Below are positions 29,088 to 40,126 of a stretch of DNA of 64,000 nt, one piece after another; the first letter of the stretch is position 1, and every line of letters begins with the position of its first letter. A program made the translations under genes and the position numbers. Origin of the DNA: a virus (taxonomy: Duplodnaviria; Caudoviricetes); IMG/VR virus record IMGVR_UViG_2924810865_000002, positions 1,799 to 65,798 of that record; one strand, written 5' to 3'. The notes beneath the pieces were generated by a model. It ran no database searches, was not told where the DNA came from, and was given only the letters and a program-made list of their open reading frames with translations.

Positions 29088-29720
29088 ATGACAACTCAAA
29101 ATCAACTTTCAACCTTCAATTTCCACAATTCTCCCGTTCGTACAATCACAGATCCAAAAGGCGAAATCTGGTTTTGCGGCACAGATGTTTGCAACATTCT
29201 CGGTTATCAAAACTCAAGAAAAGCATTGCAAGATCACTGTAAAGAAGCTGGTGTAACGAAACGTTACACCCCTACCACAAGCGGAAATCAAGAAATCACA
29301 TTCATCAACGAACCGAACCTTTACCGCCTGATCATCAAATCTCGCAAACCTGAAGCAGAACGATTTGAAGCGTGGGTCTTTGAAGAAGTCCTCCCACAAA
29401 TTCGCAAAACAGGCAGTTATTCGCAAAACACACACGAAATCAGACCGCTTGAAATCACGCTCAAAGTACAAATGCTTGATAACCTCTACTATATGGCAAA
29501 AAACGCAAGCGAACTTTGCCACCAATACCGCAAAATGATGAACGACATCATCAACACATTAAACATCGAATACTTCCGACCATCGAAACCTGATTACAAA
29601 TATCAGTTGGTTTCAGAGATGCAATTCGCCCTTGATGATGTAGAAGTTATCCTAAAAACGCATACACGAGAGCAAACCGCAAAAAACATTGAGCTCGCCA
29701 GACTACGCCGCTCATTCTAA
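29088..29720 (+). CDS. BRO-N domain antirepressor
   Basis: WFCGTDVCNILGYQNSRKAL...FINEPNLYRLIIKSRKPEAERFEAWVFEEVLPQIRKTGSY. Confidence 0.9.
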   Translation: MTTQNQLSTFNFHNSPVRTITDPKGEIWFCGTDVCNILGYQNSRKALQDHCKEAGVTKRYTPTTSGNQEITFINEPNLYRLIIKSRKPEAERFEAWVFEEVLPQIRKTGSYSQNTHEIRPLEITLKVQMLDNLYYMAKNASELCHQYRKMMNDIINTLNIEYFRPSKPDYKYQLVSEMQFALDDVEVILKTHTREQTAKNIELARLRRSF

Positions 29721-29843
29721 CCACACCGCCCTACGGGGCGGTTTGCCTTTCTTTATGCTTGCAAGGCTCAAGCCCTCTCTTGTTTGCTACAACCTCGAGG
29801 AATATAATGTTTTCGCTACAACCAAAACAAAGAGGAAAACATT

Positions 29844-30120
29844 ATGAAAAACTATCTCATCAGCTACGATTCTGCATTCCCCAAATAGAAACTACTCTCC
29901 CCTTATAGAAAAAATCCAAACTGCACCTTACTGGGCAAAAGTCAATGAATCTGCTTGGTTTGTGAAATCGTCTCTGACAACAGTTGAACTCAAAAACATT
30001 CTTGAACAAACCATAGATGTCGATGATGTTCTTTTCGTAGCAGAAATGAATAGCTGTGCGTGGACAAAATCACTCAAGCAAGAAGTTCAAGAACATATTT
30101 TTAACTGCTGGAACTTATAG
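29844..30120 (+). pseudogene. Small Cas2/VapD-like ferredoxin-fold protein with a +1 frameshift
   Basis: MKNYLISYD(L)HSPNRNYSPLIEKIQ...VNESAWFVKS...DDVLFVAE; span is 92 codons plus one base. Confidence 0.6.
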
Positions 30121-30340
30121 CGCTCCCTTGACTATCTACACCACAAATACCGCTAACAACACAAGAATTGTGTTTGTTCACACGCTCTATCGCATTGATT
30201 AAGCGACAAACTAAATTTTCAGGATCGGTATTTCCATTCTCAACCGCTTTTAAAATAGCCTGTTTAATGTCGTTTTTATCCGTCTCAGACAGACTTTTGT
30301 TTTGTTCACACATATTCATCATCTCAATAAAAAAACGCAT
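30101..30340 (-). CDS. Phage hypothetical protein
   Basis: ORF co-oriented with and overlapping the upstream nin-region gene. Confidence 0.45.
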   Translation of the reverse strand: MRFFIEMMNMCEQNKSLSETDKNDIKQAILKAVENGNTDPENLVCRLINAIERVNKHNSCVVSGICGVDSQGSAISSSS

Positions 30341-30776
30341 ACAAGCGGTCTAAAATCCGCTCATCATTGCAACCTTTAAAAATATTTTGCATTGCCGCAT
30401 TGATTAACGCTGAATAACACCGCTCAAATTCGTCTTGTTCCATATTGCCGTAAGAGAGTGATTGAGCTTCCACCCGCATTCGCCCATCAATCGTATAACT
30501 CGCCACCTTGTAGCCCGCTAGCACCGTCAGATTTTTGCGGAAGGTGTCGAATTGAGTACGTTCATCAAAATATCGCCATTTGGTTTTATCCGCTGCCCAA
30601 TGGTCAAAACAGAACTTGAAGAAAGCGAATACCTTACGATGAAAAGCAGGATTGCGAACCTGTTTAATCTCCACTTGGTACTGCTCGCCCGTCTTGAACT
30701 TCATCAAGGCTTCGGCTTGCATATCGTCGAGTGGGGCAAGCATACCGCCTGCCATTTTGAGCATTTCAAGTTGCAT
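30324..30776 (-). CDS. DUF1367 / NinB-like protein
   Basis: RNPAFHRKVFAFF...AQSLSYGNMEQDEFERCYSALINA. Confidence 0.8.
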   Translation of the reverse strand: MQLEMLKMAGGMLAPLDDMQAEALMKFKTGEQYQVEIKQVRNPAFHRKVFAFFKFCFDHWAADKTKWRYFDERTQFDTFRKNLTVLAGYKVASYTIDGRMRVEAQSLSYGNMEQDEFERCYSALINAAMQNIFKGCNDERILDRLYAFFY

Positions 30777-30787
30777 AACCTCTTGCC

Positions 30788-31102
30788 TTAATTCAAAAAC
30801 TCACAGCTAAAATAGTTCGCTTGCTTGCCATCAAGTGGACAACCCGCTAAATGACGCACCGCAAATTGCTTCCCGAAAATACCTTTTACAATTTTGGTAC
30901 TTTTTTCCAAATCAGCCTTACCATCAATGGAAACAGATACCGTTAAATTAGAACCCATCCAGCTGCAAACAAAACTTTCATACTGCTTGCCATTTCGGTA
31001 GGCATAAACCATGACCCCTTCTGATTTTGGGTGAATAACCACGCCCGCTTTCTGTAATAATTGCTTTACTAGCTCAATGTTGCTGTTATTACTCATACCC
31101 AC
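30788..31102 (-). CDS. Phage hypothetical protein
   Basis: Tightly packed in the minus-strand early-right operon. Confidence 0.6.
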   Translation of the reverse strand: MGMSNNSNIELVKQLLQKAGVVIHPKSEGVMVYAYRNGKQYESFVCSWMGSNLTVSVSIDGKADLEKSTKIVKGIFGKQFAVRHLAGCPLDGKQANYFSCEFLN

Positions 31103-31649
31103 CTACCTTCTTCACAAAATCCAAACTTACCGACCGCTGCACAAAATCTTCCATTGTTGGATCGAACACCACAATCATCTGTCCTTTACTGTTGCCTTTG
31201 ATTTCCTTGCCTGTAACAGGGTTAATAAACGCTATGCGACCACCCATAAGATCAATCACCTCATTTGCCACACCGTGAACGCATTGCTGATACCACTGCG
31301 TAGATTTGTCGTTGTTAAGTAACATCACCACTAAATGCCCTGCATCACGCAAGCGTTTTGCCTGCTGCAAAAATGGCTTAACGTCGGAGTAAGGGGAATT
31401 GACGAAAATGCTATGTGAACCGCTACCCCAATCACTTAAAAACTCTGGTAAACCATCGGCTAGAAAATCCGTTGCAACGTTCAAATAATCCCGATCTCCG
31501 CCAGATTTCGCACCAGTCCAATGCCCGAATTTTTTATTTTGCAAAGTCGCACAGCCGTCCATATTGCAATGCCAACGTTTACCCACCCACTGGGTTAAGT
31601 ATTGAGGCGTTTCCCAAGTATCGCGGTCAAATTCTTGTTCTTTAGCCAT
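31089..31649 (-). CDS. Phage N6-adenine methyltransferase (Dam-like), copy 1, motif IV reads NSPY
   Basis: DTWETPQ...IFVNSPYS...GRIAFINP; near-identical to 45731-46309. Confidence 0.85.
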   Translation of the reverse strand: MAKEQEFDRDTWETPQYLTQWVGKRWHCNMDGCATLQNKKFGHWTGAKSGGDRDYLNVATDFLADGLPEFLSDWGSGSHSIFVNSPYSDVKPFLQQAKRLRDAGHLVVMLLNNDKSTQWYQQCVHGVANEVIDLMGGRIAFINPVTGKEIKGNSKGQMIVVFDPTMEDFVQRSVSLDFVKKVGGYE

Positions 31650-32277
31650 TCCAACCTTCCTGTTTCATACTTCTCCGCTTTCTCAATTCCGCTTCCACCA
31701 ATGGATGAGCGGGGATATATTCTTTCGGCTTCTCAATCGCCTTTGCACGCTCTGGGATGTTTTCGCCCGCTTGTATGCGTTTTGCCATCTTGAGTAAAGC
31801 CTGTTCTGCTTGACTCCGCAACGTGCTTTCTTGCCACAAATACCGCCGTTCTCGACGATACAAATCGGTAATCAGCCAGTATTCCGCATCGTTTTTGAAC
31901 GTGAATTTGTCAGCTTCCTCCAGTCCATAGGCGGCAAAGTGATTTAACCGCTTGAGCAGTTTTTCAAGCGTTGGTAAACCTAACTGAGTGTAATCAACCA
32001 CCTTGCACCAACCGATAAATTTCCCCACGCTCGGTACAAAATCATCTTCCTTCGCTCGCAAGGCTTTCATACCCTGTTTAACTTACTCAACGGTTGTAAT
32101 CCCGTTTTCTGCAAAGCCTAAAATCCATTGTTGCTTAGCCGTTGCCACTTGCTCAGCGGTGTAATACGACAATCTCGGACAACTCGCCAGCAATTGCTCA
32201 AACACACGATTTACCAAGCGTTCAGCCGTCTCGTTCACAAGCGGTCGATTTTGTGTAATAGTTTGCAACTGGCTCAT
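31642..32277 (-). pseudogene. Replication protein P with an in-frame nonsense codon
   Basis: KQQWILGFAENGITTVE*VKQGMKALRAKEDDFVPSVGKFIGWC; TAA at 32083-32085 where CAA fits. Confidence 0.85.
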
Positions 32278-32716
32278 AGCACGTTCTCCCACGCCTCAAC
32301 GGTATTCCATTCCATGCTTAGGTTATCCCCACGAGGTTTAGCTTGGCGGTTGCGTTGCAATACCAGCACATCCCATTTTTCCCGCAACTTGCGAGGGCTG
32401 AGAATGTTTGCTTGCCAGAAACGGTCTTGATTTGCCCACTCGAACAACTCAATGATTTCAGGATGGCTCTTGCCGTCTCGCTCTCCTAGCAGTCGGATAT
32501 CATTCGCCCATGCTTCAAAATTCGGTTGCTTGTGATTCGGGTTGAGTTTTTGAATGCGAGCAAACATCTCTTTCGCCATCGCCAAATCCATTTCAGTAAA
32601 ACTGAATTTTTTGGCAGGTGAAGTTGCAGGCGTTTTCGTCTGCAACGATAAATCAATATGGTTAATTGACTGGTTAATAGAGTGATTGGTTATGGGTGAA
32701 ATATTTTCACTAGGGG
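32274..32716 (-). pseudogene. Replication protein O, C-terminal remnant
   Basis: PNFEAWANDIRLL...FWQANILSPRKLREKWD; 5' part replaced at 32717. Confidence 0.8.
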
Positions 32717-33530
32717 TGTAAGCTCGCAAAAATTTTTGCATAGTTTCGCAAATTATTTTGCATAGATAATCTCCAAAACCCTATGCAAAATAAAATGCAA
32801 AAACCCTCTTTAAATTGGCTTTAAAGAGGGTTTAAATTTAGAACTTATAAATCATATTATCTTCATAAATCCCATCTTTGGAAGCAGATGCTTTAACCAC
32901 AATTCGCTCATATCCCTCAAACTCCGGCCAATTATCTGTCTTGCTCTCCTGCATATAATCCAGATAGCGAATAAACTCACTTTTCGTACTGCTGAAGAAG
33001 ATATAAGGCGGTTTGGTGAGATTGATAAGTCGCAAGAAATCAATCAAATCAAAATAAGTCGCTTGTTTGTAGCTCTCTTGGCGAGTGCATAAATAAGGCG
33101 TATCAAGCAATAAAAGCACCTTTTCTTGGCTTTGATAACGAGGAATGAGCTTGTGGAAGGACTCGCTGACAATCTCAATGCCATCTAAATAAGCCTCAGC
33201 CGAAGGATAATCACTTTGGCGAACACAGTTCCAGAAATCTTTAGCAAATAACGCCTCAAAACTACCAACTTGCTGACCTGAAAATAGCAACCAAGAAGCC
33301 AAGCAATTTAGGTCTTTATAACCTTGAAAATTATTGATTTTACTGATAATTTTCGCTTTAATTTCTTTGCTTAATCGTCCGTTTTTTGGTATAATACCAT
33401 GTAAGTAATTAAAGATAATTTGGCGTAATTGATTGGTGTCGTCAATGTGTTTTAATCACTCTGTGTAGCCATCAAAATCGTTATAAATTACGGTTGGCTT
33501 GAGCTGTTTTGCTGTATGGCTTAATAGGCG
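32717..33530 (-). mobile_element. Terminal remnant of a Mu-like transposable phage with a decayed D12-class adenine methyltransferase
   Basis: Starts TGTAAG at the O breakpoint; repeats TTTTGCATAG twice plus inverted CTATGCAAAA; terminator; ORF LLLLDTPYLCT...YEDNMIYKF extends upstream with stops (IYNDFDGY). Confidence 0.6.
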
Positions 33531-33539
33531 TTTTTTAGT

Positions 33540-33767
33540 ATTCGAGAAAAAGCGGCTCAGCACTACCCTGAACTTGCAGATGAAATAAACAACTTGCAAC
33601 TACGAGATTTAAGGGCAAAAGCTGCAACCGATCTTTCTCTCTTCGCAAGTAACGAGCAGGCTCAAAAAACGCTCGGTCACACTTCTCAACAAATGACTAA
33701 ACATTACATTCGAAAAGAAAAAACACTCAAACCGTTAGATGAAATAATATCCACAAAAATAGAATAA
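33540..33767 (+). pseudogene. Tyrosine integrase C-terminal fragment
   Basis: QLRDLRAKAATD...AQKTLGHTSQQMTKHYIRK with catalytic R, H and Y positions. Confidence 0.85.
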
Positions 33768-33779
33768 TTATGCAATTTA

Positions 33780-33930
33780 ACCTCAAAAATCATTTACGAA
33801 ACTATTTTGTAAGTTATTGATTTTTCTACTACAAAAACCACTAAAATACGTTATAGTTTCGGAAACGAAAACAGCGTTTAATCATTGGTATTGCTAGAAA
33901 GTGATTTTTTAAACCCCAAAGAAAACCTTT
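33780..33930. other. Probable prophage attachment region at the holA 3' end
   Basis: Between integrase stop and holA; IHF consensus AATCAATAACTTA on the minus strand near 33810; short repeated GAAAC motifs. Core not identifiable without the partner site. Confidence 0.5.
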
Positions 33931-34927
33931 CTAGCTCCATCCACACATCATCACTAAATTCTTGCTTCACTGCTTTTTCAAGCTGAGCTAAGTCTTGAAT
34001 CAGTCTATATAATTTTGCGTAGGTAAATCGCTGGCAGGCTTGAATATAAAAAGCTCGGCGGTTTTGCCAGATTTTCAAGCGGTCAAATTCGGTGCGTAGA
34101 TTACCTGTAAATAATGGTTGATTAGGCATCACAGGCGTGGGAGAACGTGTAATTTCTAACAGGATAAACAGCTCTTTTTGAATAATACGCAACAATACGA
34201 CAGGCTGTACTTCTTCATTTTGTAGATGTTGTAGAATGTGAACCGCACGGCTTGTTTTACCTTCAAGTAAAGCATCAATCCATTGAAATGGGGTAAATTG
34301 AGCAGAAAGTTCCACTACTTCTTTCGCTCGGTTTAGCGTAATTTTTCCGTCGGTAAAACGCAGTTGGAGCAATTGAAGAATCTGTTTAAAGGCAAGTAAA
34401 TTGCCTTCATAGCTATAACAAAGAAGTTGTGCTGCTTCAGATTCAATCTGCAAATCCATTATTTTCGCACGAGCGGCTAACCAATTAGGTAGCTTTCCTA
34501 TTTCTGGCGTTTGGCAATTCACTTGCACTAATTGCGACTCAATTTTGGTAAACCACGCCTGTTTTTCGACCGCTTTACTAAATTTAGGTAAGCTGAAAAT
34601 CAGCAATAAATCACTATGAGCAAGCTGGTTAAGGGTTTCTAGCTGTTTGGCAATTGCAGCGGTCAGATTTTCAGGTAAGTTGAGGATGATGATTTGACGA
34701 TTAAAAAACAGCCCCATTGATTGTGCCATTTCAAAAATTTCATCCCATTTGGTGTCATTTCCCACAGTAATATCGGTCTTTTCATCAAAACCTTGTGTCC
34801 AAGCGGTGTGAATAATCAGATCTTTACTTTCATTAAGCAGGAGTAAATCGCTACCTGTAAGCAGATAGAACGGAGAGAGGTTTTTAGAGAGTTGCTGAGA
34901 AAGTGCTTCTGGGAAAAGTTTTAGCAT
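33878..34927 (-). CDS. holA: DNA polymerase III delta subunit
   Basis: FYLLTGSDLLLLNE...EGNLLA...FTPFQWIDALLEGK, in the leuS-lptE-holA operon. Confidence 0.96.
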   Translation of the reverse strand: MLKLFPEALSQQLSKNLSPFYLLTGSDLLLLNESKDLIIHTAWTQGFDEKTDITVGNDTKWDEIFEMAQSMGLFFNRQIIILNLPENLTAAIAKQLETLNQLAHSDLLLIFSLPKFSKAVEKQAWFTKIESQLVQVNCQTPEIGKLPNWLAARAKIMDLQIESEAAQLLCYSYEGNLLAFKQILQLLQLRFTDGKITLNRAKEVVELSAQFTPFQWIDALLEGKTSRAVHILQHLQNEEVQPVVLLRIIQKELFILLEITRSPTPVMPNQPLFTGNLRTEFDRLKIWQNRRAFYIQACQRFTYAKLYRLIQDLAQLEKAVKQEFSDDVWMELERFSLGFKKSLSSNTND

Positions 34928-34953
34928 AAGCGTTAAATCTAGTCTATCTTTCT

Positions 34954-35010
34954 GTAGGGTAGGCTTTCAACCCACCAGATAATAAAATGGTGAGCAAAAG
35001 CCCACCCTAC
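34954..35010. repeat. Inverted pair of GTAG-type REP-like palindromes
   Basis: GTAGGGTAGGCTTTCAACCCACC ... GGTGAGCAAAAGCCCACCCTAC; degenerate relative at 35537-35611. Confidence 0.6.
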
Positions 35011-35012
35011 TT

Positions 35013-35519
35013 TTATTTTTGTTGATTAAGCTCTTTATGCAGCCCCGCCATTTTGATAATCAATTGGCGAGAAGCTTGTTGATACATATCTCGCATAATC
35101 ATCTCTTGTTCAGCAGATTTTGCCAATGCCGCACGAGAATCATCAAAGAAGGTACGATGCACAGAAACTTCTAAAGGATAAGCACCTTTACTTGGCACTT
35201 CAATAATCACTTGAACGGTTAAGCTTAATAATTTTTCGGCTTCACGTGCTTGTTTAAAGACCGAAACCACTTTGCTGCTAGTTGAAGCATTTACTAAACG
35301 TAATTTAGCAATATTCTCTTGTCCTTTTACCAAAGTAACATCATTTAATTGAAGCTGTTGGCGAAGTGTGTGTGAAATATCACTATGCTCATCAGCACTT
35401 TCAAAGGTTAATGTGCGAAGTTCTTGAGGAAGAACTTCATTGTTTTTAAAATGCCAGCCACAAGCGGAAATCGTTGCTACTGTTGCCACAAGCAGTAATG
35501 TTTTGATTGATTTAATCAT
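35013..35519 (-). CDS. lptE: LPS assembly lipoprotein
   Basis: Lipobox ISAC-GWHF; RTFFDDSRAALAKSAEQEMI; probable ATG at 35519. Confidence 0.95.
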   Translation of the reverse strand: MIKSIKTLLLVATVATISACGWHFKNNEVLPQELRTLTFESADEHSDISHTLRQQLQLNDVTLVKGQENIAKLRLVNASTSSKVVSVFKQAREAEKLLSLTVQVIIEVPSKGAYPLEVSVHRTFFDDSRAALAKSAEQEMIMRDMYQQASRQLIIKMAGLHKELNQQK

Positions 35520-35621
35520 AAAAATTATCTTTATTATAGGGTATGTGTAAAATGTAAACATTTCAAGCGTGTGTAAAAATGGTGCGTGGGTTTTCAACCC
35601 ACACACCCTACAGACTACATA

Positions 35622-38207
35622 TTATGATTTCACTACCACATTCAACAATTTACCTGCCACATAAATCACTTTCACGATTTGTTGGCCGTCGGTAAATTTC
35701 TTCACATTTTCATCAGCAAAAGCGATGGTTTTCACAGTTTCTTCATCCGCATCTGCTGCCACAGTGACTTTACCACGCACTTTACCATTTACTTGCACCA
35801 CAATAAGCTTTTCATCTTCCACCATTGCAGATTCATCGGCTTTTACCCATTCTGCAGTGTCGATCGCTGTTTCATTACCAAGTGCTTGCCACAATTCAAA
35901 ACAGATGTGCGGAGTAATTGGGTAAAGCATACGCACTACGGCACTTAATGCTTCAGCCATCACGGCACGATCTTGTTCACTTTCAAGTGGCGCTTTGGTG
36001 AGTTTGTTCATCAACTCCATAATGGCTGCAATCGCGGTGTTGAAAGTTTGACGGCGACCAATGTCATCGCTCACTTTCGCGATAGTTTTGTGTACTTCAC
36101 GGCGAAGGGCTTTTTGATCTGCAGAAAGTGCGGTCACATCTAAAGCCGTTTTTGCTGGATTTTGTTGGTATTGATACACCAAATTCCACACACGACCTAA
36201 GAAGCGTTTTGCCCCTTCCACGCCAGACTCTTGCCATTCAAGGGTCATTTCCGCAGGCGATGCAAACATCATAAACAAGCGAACGGTGTCCGCACCGTAT
36301 TTTTCCACCATTTCTTGTGGGTCGATACCATTGTTTTTCGATTTTGACATTTTGGTCATACCCGTGTGAACTAGTTCACGACCTTCAGGATCGGTTGCTT
36401 TAATGATACGACCTTTCTCATCACGCTCAAGGGTCACTTGCGTTGGGCTTACCCAAATACGCTCATTGGTTGGGCTGGTGTAGTAAAACGCATCTGCAAG
36501 CACCATACCTTGACATAGCAATTTCGTTGCTGGCTCATCACTGGTTACAAAACCTGCATCACGCAAGAGTTTGTGGAAGAAACGGAAGTAGAGCAAGTGC
36601 ATGGTAGCGTGTTCGATACCACCAATGTATTGATCCACCGGCAACCAGTAATTCGCTTCATCTTTGTCTAGCATTGCTTCGGCAAATTTTGGTGACGTAT
36701 AACGTGCGTAATACCAAGAAGATTCCATAAAGGTGTCGAAGGTATCGGTTTCTTTTAATGCCGATGCGCCGTTGAAGGTGGTTTTCGCCCAGTTTGGATC
36801 CGCCTTAATTGGGCTTTTCACACCGTCCATCACTACATCTTCAGGCAGAATAATCGGTAAATCTTCCATTGGTGCGGGCACCACATCACCGTTTTCAAGA
36901 GTAAGCATTGGAATTGGTGCACCCCAATAACGTTGGCGAGACACGCCCCAGTCACGCAGACGGTAATTAACTTGGCGTTTACCCACGCCTAATTGTTCGA
37001 GTTTGTCCGCAATGCCGTTGAATGCACCATCGAAATCTCTGCCGTCAAATTCTGCAGAGTTGATTAATGTGCCATGTTCAGTAAAGGCTTCTTTCGCTAA
37101 ATCAATTTCTTGACCTGCAAGCGGTGCAATTACTTGTTTGATTTGCAAACCGTATTTATTGGCAAATTCGTAGTCGCGTTGATCATGTGCTGGCACTGCC
37201 ATTACCGCACCTGTACCGTAGTGCATTAATACGAAGTTTGCGACCCAAATTGGTAATTTTTCACCTGTGAGTGGGTGAATGGCAAACAAGCCTGTTGCCA
37301 TTCCTTTTTTCTCCATGGTCGCGAGATCAGCTTCTGCTACTTTGGCATTTTTCGCTTCTTGAATGAAAGCCGCGAGTTCAGGATTATTTTGAGCTGCGAG
37401 TCCAGCTAATGGGTGCGCTGCGGCAATGCCTAAATAGCTCACACCATAGAAAGTGTCTGGGCGAGTCGTGTAAACCGCCACTTTTTCATTAGTATCCGCC
37501 ACGTCAAAGGTGATTTCGACCCCTTCAGAACGACCGATCCAATTGCGTTGCATCGTTTTCACCATATCTGGCCATTGTGGAAGGTTGTCTAAACCGCCTA
37601 ATAATTGTTCCGCGTAGTCAGTAATTTTGATGAACCATTGTGGAATCTCTTTTTGTTCCACTGGGGTATCACAACGCCAACAGCAACCGTCGTGCACTTG
37701 TTCGTTCGCAAGCACAGTTACATCGTTCGGACACCAGTTTACGGTTGAGTTTTTTTTGTACACCAAACCTTTTTTATAAAGCTCCGTGAAGAACCATTGT
37801 TCCCACTTGTAGTAATCGGGTTTGCAAGTCGCAATTTCGCGATCCCAGTCAAAACCAAAGCCTAAAAGTTGAAGTTGTTTCTTCATATAGGCGATGTTTT
37901 CGTAAGTCCATTTTGCTGGTGCGGTTTTGTTTTTAATTGCCGCCCCTTCAGCAGGTAAACCAAATGCATCCCAACCAAAGGGTTGCAACACGTTTTTACC
38001 CAGCATACGTTGATAGCGTGAAACCACATCGCCGATAGTGTAGTTACGCACGTGCCCCATATGCAGACGACCAGACGGATACGGGAACATAGAAAGACAG
38101 TAATATTTCTCTTTTGATTCGTCTTTGATCGCTTTGAAAACTTTATTTTCTGCCCAGTATTGTTGAACCTTCGGTTCAATTTCACTTGGATTATATTGCT
38201 GTTGCAT
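35622..38207 (-). CDS. leuS: Leucine--tRNA ligase
   Basis: HMGH and KMSKS motifs, 861 aa. Confidence 0.99.
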   Translation of the reverse strand: MQQQYNPSEIEPKVQQYWAENKVFKAIKDESKEKYYCLSMFPYPSGRLHMGHVRNYTIGDVVSRYQRMLGKNVLQPFGWDAFGLPAEGAAIKNKTAPAKWTYENIAYMKKQLQLLGFGFDWDREIATCKPDYYKWEQWFFTELYKKGLVYKKNSTVNWCPNDVTVLANEQVHDGCCWRCDTPVEQKEIPQWFIKITDYAEQLLGGLDNLPQWPDMVKTMQRNWIGRSEGVEITFDVADTNEKVAVYTTRPDTFYGVSYLGIAAAHPLAGLAAQNNPELAAFIQEAKNAKVAEADLATMEKKGMATGLFAIHPLTGEKLPIWVANFVLMHYGTGAVMAVPAHDQRDYEFANKYGLQIKQVIAPLAGQEIDLAKEAFTEHGTLINSAEFDGRDFDGAFNGIADKLEQLGVGKRQVNYRLRDWGVSRQRYWGAPIPMLTLENGDVVPAPMEDLPIILPEDVVMDGVKSPIKADPNWAKTTFNGASALKETDTFDTFMESSWYYARYTSPKFAEAMLDKDEANYWLPVDQYIGGIEHATMHLLYFRFFHKLLRDAGFVTSDEPATKLLCQGMVLADAFYYTSPTNERIWVSPTQVTLERDEKGRIIKATDPEGRELVHTGMTKMSKSKNNGIDPQEMVEKYGADTVRLFMMFASPAEMTLEWQESGVEGAKRFLGRVWNLVYQYQQNPAKTALDVTALSADQKALRREVHKTIAKVSDDIGRRQTFNTAIAAIMELMNKLTKAPLESEQDRAVMAEALSAVVRMLYPITPHICFELWQALGNETAIDTAEWVKADESAMVEDEKLIVVQVNGKVRGKVTVAADADEETVKTIAFADENVKKFTDGQQIVKVIYVAGKLLNVVVKS

Positions 38208-38337
38208 AAACTTTAACCTTTACTTGAAATTACAAAAAATTGTCGTGATTTTACCGTAAAAACGTAGGTTTTTAAATTGGTAATTTTCCGTATAAGATTT
38301 GTTTCAAAATAGGATTCACCAATGCAGCAAAACTAAA

Positions 38338-39882
38338 CTACTTAATCAACGCCTTAAGTTGCTTCAATTTCTCTTCCTTACTCATCGTCTGTTCTGCAAC
38401 TTTATTTAAATCATCCACCAAATGCGGTTGCGTAGTTTCTCTCTTTGCATAAACAGGTTTCGCTTCTGAAAGCTCTTCAGCATAAGCCATCAGTTGCTCA
38501 AGCCATTGCAGTTTTTCTGGGTCATCGTGATAAGTTTGCGAAAGCGTTTCGATCGATTGGGCAAACTGCTCTGCTTTGGCATCAATCTGCTGATTGCAAT
38601 ATTTCTGCCATTTAACCTGCTCTGCTCGGACTAAGGTTTCAGGATAATGGCGAGCACGATAATGGAATAACAATTGTTCCACGCGCGGATCGGCAAATTT
38701 TAAGCCGTGATGTGCCAATTCTTCAGGTTTAAGTGTACGTAAAATTGCCATATTATTTTTATCTGCTGGCGAGAAAAAACGATCATAAAGCGTGGTTTCC
38801 ACATTCTCACTCGAGGCAAAAGTTCGTTCATCGCTAAAAATTTCGCTCACTTTTTGGCGTAATAAACTTTTATGCTGTTTTAATGCTTTTAAATTTTGCA
38901 AGCAAAGTTCACGATCGATGCCTAAACGTTCGGCATTTTCAGGTAAAAGTACTTTTGCAGGGGCTAAAATTGGGCATTTATTAATATGCACTAATTTCAA
39001 CGGCACAGGCAATTCGCTGTCGGCTAAATTTTCACGCTTGGTGTAAAGACGAGTTTTGAGGGCTTCAGCATCATCATTCAGTAAACCTTGAATATCGCCC
39101 GATAAATCGCACACAATGACGGCGTTTTTATTGGTTGGATGCCACTCAATCGGCACTACCCACGCAGTATTACCACGATAATTACCAAGCATACCTGATA
39201 CGTGTACAAGCGGTGTCATTTCGCCCGTATCTATCAAACTTTCTACTTCTTTTTTGCCACGATGTTCAAAGAAATAATTGAACAATTTAGGTTGTTTCTC
39301 TTTAAGTAATTTCGTCATTGCGATAGTTGCATACACATCCGCCATCGCATCGTGGGCATTTTCGTGCTCAATCCCATTCGCTTTGGTAAGATTTTCCAAT
39401 TTAAAATTAGGAATCCCCTCTTCGTCAGTAACCCAATTGATGCCATCTGGACGTAACGCATAGCACGCTCGTACCACATCTAACAAATCCCAACGCGAAT
39501 TGCCGTTTTTATAGCTGTATTCATAAGGATCAAAAAAATTACGAAAGAAGGTATAACGTGTCATTTCATCATCATAACGGATATTGTTATACCCCATCAC
39601 ACAAGTATTAGGCTGGCTAAATTCAGCGTGAATTTTTGCCGAAAATTCAGGCTCTGACAAACCCTCTGCATTGCATTGTTGAGGCAAAATCCCCGTTACC
39701 ATAACGGCTTCAGGGGCTGGCAGATAATCAGGTGTTTGTTTGCAATAGAACATGACAGGTTCGCCAATGATGTTAAAGTCGCTATCGGTGCGAATGCCTG
39801 CAAATTGGGCGGGACGATCCGAGGCAGGATTAACGCCAAAACTCTCGTAATCGTAGAAAAAGAAGGTTTGGTTTTTGTTCAT
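38338..39882 (-). CDS. sbcB: Exodeoxyribonuclease I
   Basis: FFFYDYESFG...DRPAQFAGIRTD...HENAHDAMADV. Confidence 0.97.
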   Translation of the reverse strand: MNKNQTFFFYDYESFGVNPASDRPAQFAGIRTDSDFNIIGEPVMFYCKQTPDYLPAPEAVMVTGILPQQCNAEGLSEPEFSAKIHAEFSQPNTCVMGYNNIRYDDEMTRYTFFRNFFDPYEYSYKNGNSRWDLLDVVRACYALRPDGINWVTDEEGIPNFKLENLTKANGIEHENAHDAMADVYATIAMTKLLKEKQPKLFNYFFEHRGKKEVESLIDTGEMTPLVHVSGMLGNYRGNTAWVVPIEWHPTNKNAVIVCDLSGDIQGLLNDDAEALKTRLYTKRENLADSELPVPLKLVHINKCPILAPAKVLLPENAERLGIDRELCLQNLKALKQHKSLLRQKVSEIFSDERTFASSENVETTLYDRFFSPADKNNMAILRTLKPEELAHHGLKFADPRVEQLLFHYRARHYPETLVRAEQVKWQKYCNQQIDAKAEQFAQSIETLSQTYHDDPEKLQWLEQLMAYAEELSEAKPVYAKRETTQPHLVDDLNKVAEQTMSKEEKLKQLKALIK

Positions 39883-40126
39883 AGAATGTCACTTGCTTAA
39901 AATAATTGGCATTATTGTAACATATTGAAATCACGATGAAATACGCAAAAAAAAGCCCGTAATCAAAAATCGAAAACGGGCGGAGGTCTTATTAAGAAAA
40001 TGAAAAAAACTTTGCTGATAATTTCAATCAGTTAGCGATTTATCTGACTAAGTCATTTTTATAAAGTTCACTATTTTTTCAAAAAATGTAAAAAAATTTT
40101 TAAACTTGCAATAAGTGATTGTTTTA

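Larger units (their letters stand above)
1..33800 (-). mobile_element. Defective lambdoid prophage 1 (late genes plus early remnants; extends left of the window)
   Basis: Contiguous tail, head, packaging, lysis and Q modules ending in an integrase stub. Confidence 0.9.

Noticed and set aside
29844-30120. CRISPR-Cas system suggested by the Cas2-like ORF
   Set aside because: No cas1, no effector genes and no repeat-spacer array seen anywhere in the window.
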